Assembly: GCF_004010195.1 (NCBI RefSeq)
Contig: NC_057718.1
Coordinates: forward strand, 102,372,120 to 102,436,119
DNA from: Chiloscyllium plagiosum
Lineage: Eukaryota
Length of the DNA: 64,000 nt
Direction of reading: 5' to 3'
The notes under the pieces are model-generated. The model saw only the letters and a program-made list of their open reading frames with translations, made no database searches and was not told the DNA's origin. The position numbers and the translations under genes are program-made. This document shows positions 38,396-51,700 of this stretch, piece after piece (positions within the stretch are counted from its first letter, which is position 1; each line of letters begins with the position of its first letter).

Positions 38396-39236
38396 TACAC
38401 TCTCATCAGGACAGTGACTTCTGAGGATCATTGTTTGTGGGGACTTCATCAGAACATCCTGTGGTCCCTTACGGTAGTCAGGTTCCTGAAGAAGGGCTTA
38501 TGCCGATTCTCCTGTTCCCTGGATGCTGCTTGACCTGCTGCGCTGTTCCAGCAACACATTTTCAGCCCTTACGGTAGTCAGTCCATTGTAAAGTGTGAAC
38601 AAGTTGAAAGACAAAGACATTTTTCATATATTCACTGCAACACCACAAATTCATCTTTTTGTGAGACAAACAGTCCATTTGTGAGCAAACTGAGTTACAC
38701 AGGGGTCTTCTTGGACATCTCAAAGTTCCAATGACACAAAGGTTTGGGCAGGCCCCCCTGTGATTTGAATTCTCCTGACTTTACTGCAGTAAAACATACC
38801 CCAAGACACTCTGCAGGAGGGATTATTAAAATCCAACTCCAGGACATCTAACAAAAATCAGGACAAGTAACCAAAAGCAAAGAGGAAAATGCTGAGGAGT
38901 ACCTTAAAGAAGGAAAGGGAGGTTGGGGAATTAAGAGATAGAATCTCAGGATCCAATCACCTTTAGGCAGGGTTAACAACGCTGGAGTGATTACATTTGG
39001 GGATGTGCAAGAGATCAAAATCAGTAGAATGCAGAGATGACAGAGGGTTGTAGGGCTGGAGAACATTACCAGAGATTGTAGAGTGTTAAAACAAGAGTGA
39101 GAATTCTAAAATGGTGGCGTTGGCAGATAATATAGGTCAATGAGAACAGGGATGATGGGTGAAGGGGACTTGGCATGGGCAAGGATATGGGCAACAGAAC
39201 ATTGTTACACAACACAAACAGCAAGTAATCATTTAC

Positions 39237-39328
39237 CTGCAAAGCAATGATTGAAAACTTTCTTGTCTTTTTGCAGTTTCAGTTCTTTGACTCCGGTCTC
39301 AGGGTCCTTCATAGAAAGATATAAAGCA
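39237..39328 (-). CDS. PLEK: Pleckstrin exon 4 (DEP domain start)
   Basis: ttAG|(G)ALYLSMKDPETGVKELKLQKDKKVFNHCFA(G)|GTaaat; 92 nt, phase 2/1. Too short for the ORF track. Confidence 0.92.
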
Positions 39329-41575
39329 CTAAAGTGTGGGGAAAAGAAATCAGATTTCTAAAATTAGGACAGTCTCTTTGTCATTGCAAACAACATTAAA
39401 CAAGAGTTTGAAGCTGTTTTAAGAGGTTTATTGATAGGTATGTATTTAGTATGAAAGCAAAATAGTTCCTCTCATGGTGCTCTTGAGTAAAGGTGAATAA
39501 ATAAAGCAACAAAACTGAATGGGGAATGCCAGAATAATTACAGTTTTGCTTTTGAAGAGTGATGACTTCCACTTGAGAAACATTTATTTCCTCTTAGACT
39601 AATTAATTGTTTCTCACAAACTTGCACTCACCAATGCACACATACACCCACATGTACTTTCCAGCCAGCTACTTGAATGAAAAGAGCATTAATATCAAGA
39701 ATTACCATCTCACATCTAGCACAAGAGACAGAATTGGGGGAATGGGCAGAATGTGACCAATGGTGTTCCACAGGAATCTGTCTCAGGGCCTCATAGTATT
39801 TATTAATAACTTAGACCGAGAAGGAGAGGACACAGATTTGTGGTGAATGACAGAAGAAACAACAGCATGAGGTTTAGGCACCAATCTGGAATGCACTACT
39901 TCATGTTGTGTTGGAGATTCAATCCAGGCATTCCAGAGGGATTTGGATTATTATGTGAAGAGGAAGAGAAGAGGAGAGGTTCGTGAACCGTTGTAAATTG
40001 CACATTGAGAGGCAATGGGCTGAATGGTCTCCTCCAATGCAATTTTATAATTCTGGAAGCCACATATCCAATTTTGTAAATGAGACAAAAGTGGCTGACA
40101 TTGTAAACTGTAAATATGAAAGTGTAACTCTATCAGTATGGTACTAATAGAGAACTGAATGAACAAAACAGTAGTCAAAAGGATTCCATGTTAACAAATG
40201 TCAAGTCACCTACTCTGGGCCCAAGAAGGATGCAACATCAGACCATAAGACATAGGAGCAGGAATTAGGCCATTCAGCCCATCGAATCAGCTCTGCCATT
40301 CAATTATGGCTGATAAGTTTCTCAACCCCATTCTCCTGTTTTTTTCCCCATAACCCTTAATCCCCTTGATACTCAAAAACCTATCTACCTCAGTCTTAAA
40401 TATACTCAATGACCTGGCCTCCACAGCCTTCTGAGGCAAGGAATTCAATAGATGCAAGAAGTTTCTCCTTATCTCCTAAATTGGGAAACATTAGAAACAG
40501 GAATGATTCAAAGCAGCATGGTTCCAGCAAGACAGATCATTCAAATCTCACAAAGAGGCACAGAAAATAATCACAAAGGCTACTGAAATGTTGTTCCTTA
40601 AATCAAAAGGATGGTAATACAAGAGGATAGAAACCACAGAAATCTCACCAAACAGACAGAGGCTGTTCAGCCCATCATATCGCCAGTGGCTACCCGGTCT
40701 ACACCCACTTTCCAGTGGTTGCTCTGTAGCCTTGCAGATTGCAACACTCTGAATCCAGTGGTAACTGACCTCTCCTCTGGGAGAAACAGGTCTTTCCTGT
40801 CCTGTCTGTCCAAGCCCTTTGACATTTTGTACACATTGAGTACATCCCTCCTCCTGCTCTCTTCTAAGGAAAACTCTATCCAATCGTTGACTAGGATAAT
40901 GAAAGTGAGTGCTGTCGTGTTGATCAGGACAGGTTTAGTTTGCATAGATGTGGAGGTGCTGGTGTTGGACTGGGGTGGACAAAGTTAAAAATCACACAAC
41001 AACAAATAAACCTGTTGGATTATAACCTGGCGTTGTGTGATTTTTAAACCGAGTTTGCACAGACCAGTGATTTAATCATGGATGATGTGGTTTTCAGTCC
41101 AAACTACGACAATCAGGTAAACCTATTTTACTGCCTCAACTGGGGGTGAGGATGTGCCATATTTTCTTCTGATGTTTACTGACAGGATATACAGGGTCAA
41201 GTGCGTAGTGAATGGTTGGAATGATTACAAAATGTCACACAACACATGTCAAAGGAGCAGGTATTTGGTTTGGTAAGATATCGGATTTGAGCACATAATT
41301 TAAGGATTAAGGCAGACACAGTTAATTCTGTTCATCTCATTATCATAGGTGACCTTCATGCCCATATGGGCACCATTATTGATAAGGTTTCTCCAGCCAT
41401 ATTCTTAACCATGTCCTTCCACACATGTCCAATCACCGCCCAAGTACAAGAAAACTGACGTCTCAAAGATTTCAGACTCTCATTTGAACAGTAACAATTT
41501 TGCGACAGGTCAAATAGGACCAAATACACAGAAGCAGTAGACAGAGAAATATAGATCAAGTGAATCCTTTTGTAC

Positions 41576-41757
41576 CCCAAGTTTATATTTTCAGGCAACT
41601 TGATAGACTTCCTCGTTGACTTGCGTGCAAACTTCTGGCCACCTTCAATACATTGAATCGCTCTCTTCACGTCTTTCACCCAAGCATCACGTTCTTCCAG
41701 GTGGGAAGCTTGCAGATAATGGTCCTGATTCTTTGCTGTGTGTAACTTAAAAACAAA
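41576..41757 (-). CDS. PLEK: Pleckstrin exon 3 (end of PH1 plus PKC phosphorylation loop)
   Basis: ccAG|FVFKLHTAKNQDHYLQASHLEERDAWVKDVKRAIQCIEGGQKFARKSTRKSIKLPENINLG|GTacaa; 182 nt, phase 0/2. Confidence 0.93.
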
Positions 41758-42639
41758 CTGGGAGAAAGAAGGATAAGGAAATATAAAATGGAGTAAAGAA
41801 TAAAACCAAGACAGAAGAAGTTAGGAGTATGGGAAATCCACTTGGCACTTTCAGCTTGCTCTGTCAGTCACTAAGCGTGTGCTGACCCGATTACACCACA
41901 TTCTCGATTCTCCTCATAAATAAACTTTCACTACCTTTGCTTATTAAGAAATGATTTATTAATTTTCATTAAAATCAATTTTTTTTTATTAATTTCTTCA
42001 TGACAGGGAAAAGTACTAGAAGAGGAAAGGTGGAAACTGTTGTTTGTGTTAAGCTTTAGATTTATAACAAAATCCTCGTACACCTCTGAAGATCTTTTGG
42101 TGTCAAATTCAACATATGGATATCAGTCTGTTAAACACAGACTTCTCCACAGTGATCACAATTGTGATCTGGGGGACTTGCTGCATGCAAGAAGGGTGTA
42201 AGGAAATTCCATTTCAAAAAGGAATTGAATATATAATTGAAAAAGAAAAACTTGCAGGAGAGAATGGGGAATTGGACATTATTTATTTCTGCTTCAAAGA
42301 TGGGCGAAAGTTCAGGATTGAATTCCAACACAGGTCCTGAAGGTAAAAAGGTACTGCGCTTATCTGCTTCACTGTTCAATGCCACTTATAAAAACACACA
42401 ATAGAGGATAGCTTTTTAAAAATGTTACTAATATAATTTACTTGCAAATATACATACTGCAATGGAACCTGGGGTTTCACAGCCTTTTTTTTAGTTTAGT
42501 GCTGAATGGAAAAGGAAACAAAAAACTAAAATTGAAACTCTTTGAAACCAAATGAAATTTGCAGAGCCATCTAAACTTAAATTGCCCGGTCATGCAGTTA
42601 AAAATAGAAAACATGAAGTCTGGATTTCGGAAATACAGT

Positions 42640-43940
42640 TAGACAGCATGAAACCAGACCCTTCGGCCCAACTTGTTCAAGCTGACTAGGTTTCCTAAAC
42701 TGAATAGCGAAAAGGGTTACCTCAGATTACAACAGGATCTTGATCAGATGGGCCAATGGGCTGAGGAGTGGCAGATGGAGTTTAATTTAGATAAATGCGA
42801 GGTGCTGCATTTTGGGAAAGCAAGTCTTAGCAGGACTTATACACTTAATGGTAAGGTCCTCGGGAGTGTTGCTGAACAAAGAGACCTTGGACTGCAGGTT
42901 CATAGCTCCTTGAAAGTGGAGTTGCAAGTAGTTAGGATAGTGAAGAAGTTGTTTGGTATGCTTTCCTTTATTGGTCAGAGTATTGAGTACAGTAGTTGGG
43001 AGGTGATGTTGTGGCTGTACAGGACATTGGTTAAGCCATTCTTGGCATATTGCGTGCAATTCTGGTCTTCTTCCTATTGGAAAGATGTTGTGAAGCTTGA
43101 AAGGGTTCAGAAAAGATTTACAAGGATGTTGCCAGGATTGGAGGGTTTGAGCTACAGGGAGAGGTTGAATAGGCTATGGCTGTTTTCCCTGAAGTGTCGG
43201 AGGCTGAGGGGGTGACCTTATAGAGGTTTACAAAATCATGATGGGCATGGATAGAATAAGTAGACAAAGTCTTTTTCCTGGGGTGGGGTAGTCCAGAACT
43301 AGAGGGCAGAGGTTTAGGGTGAGAGGGGAAAGATATAAAAGAGACCTAAGGGGCAACTTTTTCACACAGAGTATGTGTATGAGCTGCCAGTGGAAGTGGT
43401 GGAGGCTAGTACAATTGCAAAATTTAAAGGCATTTGGAGGGGTATATGAATAGGAAGGGTTTGGAGGGATATGGGCCGGGTGCTGGCAGGTTTAGGATAT
43501 CTGGTCGGCATGGACAAGTTGGACTGAAGGGCCTGTTTCTGTGCTGTACATCTCTATGACTATGACTTTATAACTAGTCCCATTTGCCCACAGCCTTCTA
43601 AACCTTTCCTATCCATGTAACTGTCTTAATGTCTTTTAAAATGTTGTAATTGTACTCACCTCTACTAGTTCATCTGGGAAATTGTTTGTAAAAACACCAC
43701 CCTGAGTGAAAACGTTATCCCTCAGGTTCCTTTTAAATCTTTCCCCTCTCACCATAAACCTATACCCTCTAGTTTTGGACTCCCCTACCTTTGGGAAAAC
43801 ACATTTGCTATTCACATAATCTATGCCTCTCATGTTTTTATAAACCTCCAGAAGGTCACCCTTCAAATTTCTACGCTTCTGGGAGAAACATCCCAGCCTC
43901 TGTTTATAACTCATACCTCCAGTCTCAGTAACATCCTTTT
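42640..43940. mobile_element. Nested CR1s: + copy (about 42705-43568) inside a - copy
   Basis: LQQDLDQMGQWAEEWQMEFNLDKCEVLHFG.. on +. A minus-strand CR1 tail is split between 42640-42703 and 43570-43940. Confidence 0.8.
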
Positions 43941-44708
43941 AATGAGATAAAGGAAATTAAGATGACTATCACTGCTTTAGTTCATAAAGGAGTCAGTTGA
44001 CCAGAAGCAGCCATACCGTACACAGTGTGTGATGTACAATTTGGATAGATAGATAAAAAACTACATTCTAATCAACCTGTTCCAAAATGTTATTACACAC
44101 CTCTAGAACAGGTGGGACTTGAACCCATGCCTCTGAAGTAGGGAAATTACCACTGCACCACAATAGCCCTCTAGATAGCTCAAGTCTGACGAGAGCAGAA
44201 CAGAGGGCAGTCTGCAGCACTGCGCTGTGTGGGTTTTTGTGGAACTTGGGCTGGTTGTTGGAGCTGCTGATCGATGAGAGTTGGTAGCTGAATCGTCGAG
44301 ATGAAGGGGCTGGAATTCCATCTGAAGAAGGTTGGAACTTTGAAGGACTTTGCAGTAGAGCCTTACGTCATACACACTGAGGTGGGCTGCCCTGAAAATC
44401 CACGAGATCTGTCTTTGACACATTTGCTATTTCACATGTAATTGATAGTTTTTATTGACTGCAATATGTCTGGTAATTCCTGTTTAATTGATGTTGATTT
44501 TAGCTCAATTGTTAAAGTTTTAAAAAGTGAAATATTGTCCAGTGGTTTTCCCTTTGCGGTCATTTGGCAAATTGGGTTCTTTTGGTTTGTGGTTCCATGG
44601 GGGCCAGATTAAAAACACCTAGTACGTTTTATCATAATTTTTTTAACAATTAATATTTACAAACAACCCGTCCCCATAAAAATACAATGACCAGTGGGAT
44701 TTACCCAC

Positions 44709-44864
44709 CATTCTCTTGATGTAGTCTGTACACGGAGATGTAATCGAACTTCCCTTCAGTGGAATGACTCCTTTGGGACTCCCATCACCTTTTTTACTGT
44801 AAAATTCAAACGTATCTTCTAAAAGAACAACCCAAACTGCCTTCCAGGTATTGAACATGTTTCC
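44709..44864 (-). CDS. PLEK: Pleckstrin exon 2 (N-terminal PH domain)
   Basis: ctAG|GNMFNTWKAVWVVLLEDTFEFYSKKGDGSPKGVIPLKGSSITSPCTDYIKRM|GTgggt; 156 nt, phase 0/0. Confidence 0.93.
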
Positions 44865-45794
44865 CTAGAACAGAAAGGAAAGAAAATATCAGATTAGGAA
44901 GAGTTATTAACGCTCGCAGTGACTTCCCAATGACTACCATAAACACTGACATCGGAGAAGCCGCTTTATTTGGATTGCCAGACTTCTGAACCTCAAGACC
45001 AATATTGCTCACTGTCACTGGGTCAAAATCCTGGAATTCCCTCCCTAATGATATTGAGAGTTAACCCATAGCAGGTGGACTGCAGTGGTTTAAGTAGGCA
45101 GCTCACCACCACCTTCTCAAGGGGCAACTAGGGACGGCAATAAATGCTGGCCAACCAACTTCACTCACATCTGACAAATGAATAATAAAAAAAAACAGGA
45201 TCCTTCATAGGAAAAGCATTTCATTAGAGTGCAGAGGAAACCCATCATGCTTACGCCAACTCAAAACAAACTATTTAAGATAGCTCTCCGTGTAAAGGAT
45301 TGTAACAAAGGTGTGTACCTAACACGTGCCATAACAGCTCCAGGCTACAGAACAGATTGTCAGTGTAGCTTGGAGTCTTACCAGCCCTACAATGGGGTCA
45401 CTTTGGTTCTGGTGACTAAAAGATGCCTGTCTGTTGCAAGTTTAGATGCTGCAAGCCATGAAGGGGAGAGTTACTTTTCATTCAGTAATATGCAGAAGGA
45501 CTGAACAAGCTAAATTTGCTAATTCCGAAAACTCTGGACTACAGATAGGAGTCAACAATTGAGCCAGAGATTGGTGTAGCTCTCAATAATCAGTGAAGTA
45601 GCAATGGTACCAGTAAAAGCAGTTCTGGAACTGTTAAATACAAACAATTATCTTTATACACCGGCTTCACTTCTAGGACACCAGCACGCTGGAATTCCCT
45701 CTTAAACCTCTTTCCCTTCTCTACCTGTCTATTTTTCAAGACATTCCTTAAAACCAACACTCTGACTAATTTGTTAGCCCCATATTCTTATCTG

Positions 45795-46303
45795 CCTATT
45801 GGAAAAATGTTGTGAAACTTAAAAGGGTTCAGAAAGGATTTATAAGGATGTGGTCAGGGTTGGAGGGTTTGAGCTATAGGGAGAGGCTGAATAGACTGGG
45901 GCTATTTTCCTTGGAGCGTCGGAGGCTGAGGGGTAACCTTAGAGGTTTATAAAGTCATGAGGGGCATGGGTAGGGTAAATAAGATCTTTTGCCTGGAGTG
46001 GGGGAGTCCAGAACTAGAGGGCATAGGTTTAGGGTGAGAGGGGAAAAATCTATTTGGGACCTATGGGGCAACGTTTTCATGCAGAAGGTGGTGCATGTAT
46101 GGAATGAGCTGTCAAAGGAAGTGGTGGAGGCTGGTACAGTTACAACATTTAAAAGGCATCTAGATGGGTCTATGAATAGGAAGGGTTTAGAGGGATATGA
46201 GCCAAATGCTAGCAAATGGGACTCGATTAATTTAGGATATCTGGTTGGCATGGACGAGTTGGACCGAAGGGTCTGTTTCCGTGTTATACATCTCTATGAC
46301 TCT
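45795..46303 (+). mobile_element. CR1 LINE 3' fragment
   Basis: SRTRGHRFRVRGE..VWNELSKEVVEAGT..FKRHLD. Confidence 0.85.
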
Positions 46304-46719
46304 ATGCATGTTCCCGCAAAGTGCCTTGGCAGTGTTTACTGCAGTGCAGTCATTATGTAAATGCAAGGTCTTGCTGTTATTTTGAATTTGTCAATCATCT
46401 GCTTTGCAAACGCAGCTGTATTCTATTGTGCAAAATGCTTTCAGACAATTTGGTATGAGATTAGGATACTTAAAATTGTTTTAATTTTGCAATGGTTGTC
46501 AATCTGAAAATTAAATACTTTGTAAAATCTCTTTATTTTGAAAGGAAGGATCAGCCATGATCCTATTGAATGAGGAGCATGCTCAAGGGGCTAAGTGACC
46601 TACTTCTGTTCCTGTTTCTTCTGGTCTTATGATCTTAAGGATTAAAATGCCAAATGTGAATGAACTGGGTTGGGTAAATGTTTTCTAATAAGCTTTCCTG
46701 GTGAGGACATGAAAACCGA

Positions 46720-47120
46720 TAGCCAGGGCTACAGGTGTATATGTGTGCAGAAGGTACAACACTTGTCCATTTACCTCCTCTCTCTTCAACATCTAAGACT
46801 CCAGACACACCTTCCAGATGAAGCAACAAAGCCAACTTGTACTTCTCTCAATCCAATCAATTGCATTGGCTACTCAAAGTTTGGGTTCCTTTAGACTGAG
46901 GGGACTGCTTTGTAGAACACCTTTTCTCTGGTCAATAGGAATGACCCTGACTTTCCCATTTGTTACCATTTCAAGAAACCTCCTTGTTCCCATGTTGACC
47001 TTTCCATCCCAGGCTGCTGCAGTTTTTGAATAAAGCTCAATGTGAGTTGGAGGAACAACACTTCATTTTCCATTTGGGCATTTTATAGCCCTAGGACTCA
47101 ATGTTGAATTCCACTAATTT
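46720..47120 (+). mobile_element. Penelope-like GIY-YIG endonuclease pseudo-fragment
   Basis: Interrupted translation CRRYNTCPFTSSL..HTFQMKQ / TCTSLNPINCIGYSKFGFL*TE / DCFVEHL / NDPDFPICYHF / AQCELEEQHFIFHLG / GLNVEF follows the PLE endonuclease motif order. Confidence 0.7.
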
Positions 47121-47429
47121 GCAGCATGACCTCCTTCCTCCAGGGAAGCTTTCTTACAATACCCCACTTCTGGGGCTATGTCTTGTTGACTTTGCTGTCA
47201 GCAGAGTGATTCATTTTCTCCATTTCACACCGAACATTAAGACCTATTTTACATCACAGCCATGATGTGGAGATGCCAATGTTGGACTGGGGTGGACAAG
47301 GTCAAAAATCAAATGACACCAGGTTACAGTCCAACAGGTATATTTGAAATTGCAAGCTTTTGGAGCTCAGGCTCCTTCCTCAGGTAGGGTATGATAGAGA
47401 GGTATAAGACACAGTGTTTATAAGCTCGG

Positions 47430-47630
47430 AGAAAGTGAGGTCTGCAAATGCTGGAGATCAGTAATATGGTGCTGGAAAAGCACAGCAGGTCAGGCAGCAT
47501 CCGAGGAACAGGAGAATCCAAGTTTCGAGCATAAACCCTTCATCAGGAATGTGGTTATGCTCAAAACGTCAACTCTCCTGCTCCTTGGATGCTGCCTGAT
47601 TGGTTGTGTTTTTCCAGCACCATACTTTTT
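47430..47630. mobile_element. Penelope-like terminal remnant, inverted pair (second family)
   Basis: Same family as 33221-33345, 38482-38565 and 57448-57540; minus-strand CUGAUGA at 47540-47546. Confidence 0.6.
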
Positions 47631-49544
47631 GACAGTATTTATACGTAAAAAGGTAACAACTTTATAACTATAGCCCTTGTTGAATCCTTTAAACCATTAG
47701 GAGGTAGACTGCTGAGAAATTTGATGTCTATGTCTATCTGCACAATTTTCTTGGCGATCGTCTCTACTTTGAGCCAACAGTTCGTGCTATCGATCATAGC
47801 TATAATGTGGATGTGCCGGAGTTGAACTGGGGCAGACAATGTCAAAAATCAAAAGACACCAGGTTATAGTCCAACAGGTTTATTTGAAATTGAAATATAC
47901 TTCTCTACCATACCATGTCTGAGGAAGGAGCAGCGGTTCAAGAGCTTGCAATTCCAAATAAACCTGTTGGACTATAACCTGGTGTCTTTTGATTTTTGAC
48001 CTATTTTACATCTCTATCTCTCTTTTACCAACATTAGTACTCCTTTTGTCTTTTGCTCCAGGCACTCTGTTCCACTATCACTCCATTCTCCCTTTGTCAA
48101 AAGCAGAAAAACTCCATTTTCTGGCCCCTTTCAGATCTGAAGAAGAATCTTATCATATTCAAAGCATTAATTCAGTTTCTCTCTCCACGCATGCTACCTG
48201 ACCTGCTGAGTTTCTCCAGCGGTTTCTATTTTAAAACTGGTGCCTTCTCCTAGTTAAGTGGACAGAAAGTCAACAGGGGGTCCATGTCCAAATTGCTGAT
48301 ATGTGATCCACACAAAGAAAGCTGAAGTAACACACCATCCTGCTCCAAGAAAGCCTATCTCAATCTGAAAGTCTTTGTCTGTTATCATCATGTCAACTGT
48401 GGGTAAATTATCTCCTTTATCTTTTCCTATAAATTTGGTGTCCTATGATCCTGCCCCACTAGTTACCCAATGAAGGTGCAGCACTCAAAAAGCTTGTACT
48501 TTCAAATAAACCTGTTGGACTATAACCTGGTGTTGTGTGATTTTTAACTTTGTCCACCCCAGTCCAACAGCAGCACCTCCACATCATGGTTTCTTTGTTT
48601 CAGCAGCACATTCCCTTGAGCGATCCTAAGCACAAGTGCAAGAATTGTGGCAGAATGTCTAGCCTTCGGTGGACTGCAAATATCAATCTGGGGATGAAGA
48701 GGAATAAGTCTGACAACCAAATTGGAAGGTCTTAGCGTCATTGTTGTAGCAGCCTCCTGGCTGTTAAAACACAGGTATATTGCTAATTTGGCGATACCGC
48801 AAGGAATGATGGGTACATTAGCTAAGTAATACTCTAAAATCACAAAAACCCACACAGCAGACACAAGGGAAATGCAGCAGCCAGGTACTAATGACCTTAG
48901 TAGAATGTAAAGGCAACAGTTACCCTGGACAGACATGCTCCCAACAACCTCTCCACTAAACAAAGGAGGGCCCAGACAGAAAGGCAAGGGTCCTGCTATA
49001 CAAAAAAACTAACAGTAACATGGTATTCAAATGATTGACTATTGTTTCAAACTATTGTCTATCTCCCTGATTGGCCAGAACTACAGAAAGATCCAGAAAA
49101 TCATCTGAAAGGTATAAAAACAGCATTCACCTGCAGAGCTTGCTCTTGGAATCTTCTGAGGCCTTCTGAGGAAACCAGCATGGCAAGAGGCAGAGATCCT
49201 CTGACCATCCAGAGAAAGAGCGAGAGAGAGCGAGAGCGAGTGAGAGAGAGCGAAAACGCGAAGAAGAAAGCAGCTTCCTAGACCCAGCACCAGAGCCAGA
49301 CAGAGAAAAAGCAAGTGCGTAAATCTACAGGAGACTCAGGAAGTATTGTAACCTTAAGGGGCCAAATAGTATTAAAAATTAGTTTACTATTAAAGATTAT
49401 TGTAGCTTTGTTTCCAATAAAGTTGGGATTGTTTTGTATTGGTACTGACTTGTGTTCGTATTGATTTGACCGTTTCGGTATTCTGGGACACTTGGGCAAA
49501 TTCATTCATAACATTTTGGTCAGAGTTGTCTTAAGTTGTTTTAA

Positions 49545-49930
49545 GGAGGGATGAAACAACATGGTGCTGAACAGGCTGCACCATTCATCAGAGCAAACAT
49601 ATTCACTTCAGCCACTTTCAGAAGCTTCTGGACATTGGAGAGCAGGATAAAATATGGGCGAGATCTTATAGCAGGCAAAGGAAGCACCACTCTGAACAAT
49701 TCACTCTGGAGCTTTGATAATGACTTCAAGACCTGGGAGAAACTCTCATTGCAAAGCCAAATAAAAAGCTGTGCCGCCTCCCTCAGAAACAGGCGCATCT
49801 CACAGAGAGAAGAAAAGCACAGGGAGTGAAAATCTCCAGCCAGCAACTCAACCTGAGTCTGACGTTTCCTCGCCTGTTTGCAGCAGTACATTCTGGGCAC
49901 TAGGCAGCCTGGACATTTATCTATAGCCCC
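49545..49930 (+). mobile_element. RTE-clade LINE ORF C-terminal fragment
   Basis: G(Q)RK..TLNNSLWSFDNDFKTWEKL...RRISQREEKHRE resembles the RTE C-terminus (RYKDTLK.SL....I....WE..A.DR). Confidence 0.5.
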
Positions 49931-50639
49931 ATTGCAAACTGCCAAAGCCAAGACATGAACACAGTCACCCTCACTTCATCTGGGAAGACAGACAGGATGC
50001 TTGAATCGCCTTGATAAATTACAGCCAGCTATGCTTAAAATTCTAGAGAGACAATGATTGGACAGTCTTGTAGCTAATGAGGGAAGAGGCACATGCACTG
50101 ACTGCAAATTAACAAGTCGAACACACTGGGTCAACAAAATCCCACGCGTTACATTTCAAACTCTTGCAAATGATGATTTCTGTTCTTCCAGGCTAACCCC
50201 GCTGTGTTGTTTGCTGTTGATGGACTGTTACAGCTTCATTGAACACTGGGAAGGATTCCACGTTTCACCAGATTAGGAATCTCTAGCTGCAGATCACTCC
50301 AGCCCTGAGCTTGCCGACCTACAGTGACTCTCAGATCAAAAATGTCTCCACTTTTAACTTCCTAATCACTCCACGGCCTTACCCCTTCCTAATTCTTTAA
50401 TCTTCTCCAGCCCAGCAAACCTCCAGGATCTCTGCTCTCCTCCAGTTTTGGGCACTGTGGACTTTAATGCCCTTTCTACTGCCTGTACATTAAAATTCTC
50501 TCTGAAAACTTGTCTGTTTCTTCACTGCTTTCTCACAATATACACCATAAAACCTACCACTTTGATCTCACTGTAGATAGCCTATTCCTAATGTCACCTT
50601 GTGTGGTTTGCAGTTAAATCATGCTTTTGTAAAACACAT

Positions 50640-51700
50640 TAGTAAGGTCCTAGGGATTGTTGCTGAACAAAGAGACCTTGGAGTGCAGGTTCATAGCTCC
50701 TTGAAAGTGGAGTTGCAGGTAGATAGGATGGTGAACGCGGTTTTTGATTAGATTAGATTACTTACAGTGTGGAAACAGGCCCTTTGGCCCAACCAGTCCA
50801 CACCGACCCTCCGAAGAGCAACCCACCCAGACCCATTCCACTACATTTACCCGTTCACCTAACACTACGGGCAATCTAGCATGGCCAATTCACCTAACCT
50901 GCACATCTTTGGACTGTGGGAGGAAACCGGAGCACCCGGAGGAAACCCATGCAGACACGGGGAGAATGTGTAAACTCCACACAGACAGTTGCTCGAGGCG
51001 GGAATTGAACCCAGGTCTCTGGCGCAGTGAGGCAGCAGTGCTAACCACTGAGCCACCGTGCCACCCACTGGTATGCTTTCCTTTATTGGTCAGAGCATTG
51101 AGTATAGGATTTGGGAGGTCATGTTGTGGCTGTAGAAGACATTAGTTAGGCCAGTCTTGGAATATTGCATGCAATTCTGGTCTCTTTCCTATCGGAAGGA
51201 TGTTGTGAAACCTGAAAGGGTTCAAAAAAGATTTACAAGGACGTTGCCAGGTTCGGAGAGTTTGAGCTATAGGGCGATGCTGGGCAGGCTGGTACTGTTT
51301 TCCCTGGAGCGTCAGATATTGAGGGGTGACCTTATAGAGGTTTATAAAATCATGAGTGGTATGGATAGGGTAAATATACAAGGTCTTTGCCCTGGAATGG
51401 GGGAGTCCACAACTAGAGGCATAGGTGTAGGGTGAGAAGGTGAAAAATTTATTTGAGACCTAAGAGGCAACATTTTCACACAGAGAGAGGTGCGTGCATG
51501 GAATGAGCTGCCAGAGGAAGTGGTGGAGGCTGGTACAATGACAACATTTAAAAGGCATCTGGTTGGGTACATGAATAGGAAGGGTTAGAGGGATATGGGC
51601 CAAGTGTTGGACCAGATTGAGTTGGGATATCTGGTCGGCATGGATGAGTTGGACTGAAGGGTCTGTTTCCATGCTGTACATCTCTATGACTCCATGACTC
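50640..51700 (+). mobile_element. CR1 LINE 3' fragment interrupted by a V-SINE (50745-51066, -)
   Basis: EYCMQFWSLSYRKDVVKPERVQKRFTR; CR1 sequence resumes at tggtatgctttcc after the SINE. Confidence 0.85.
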
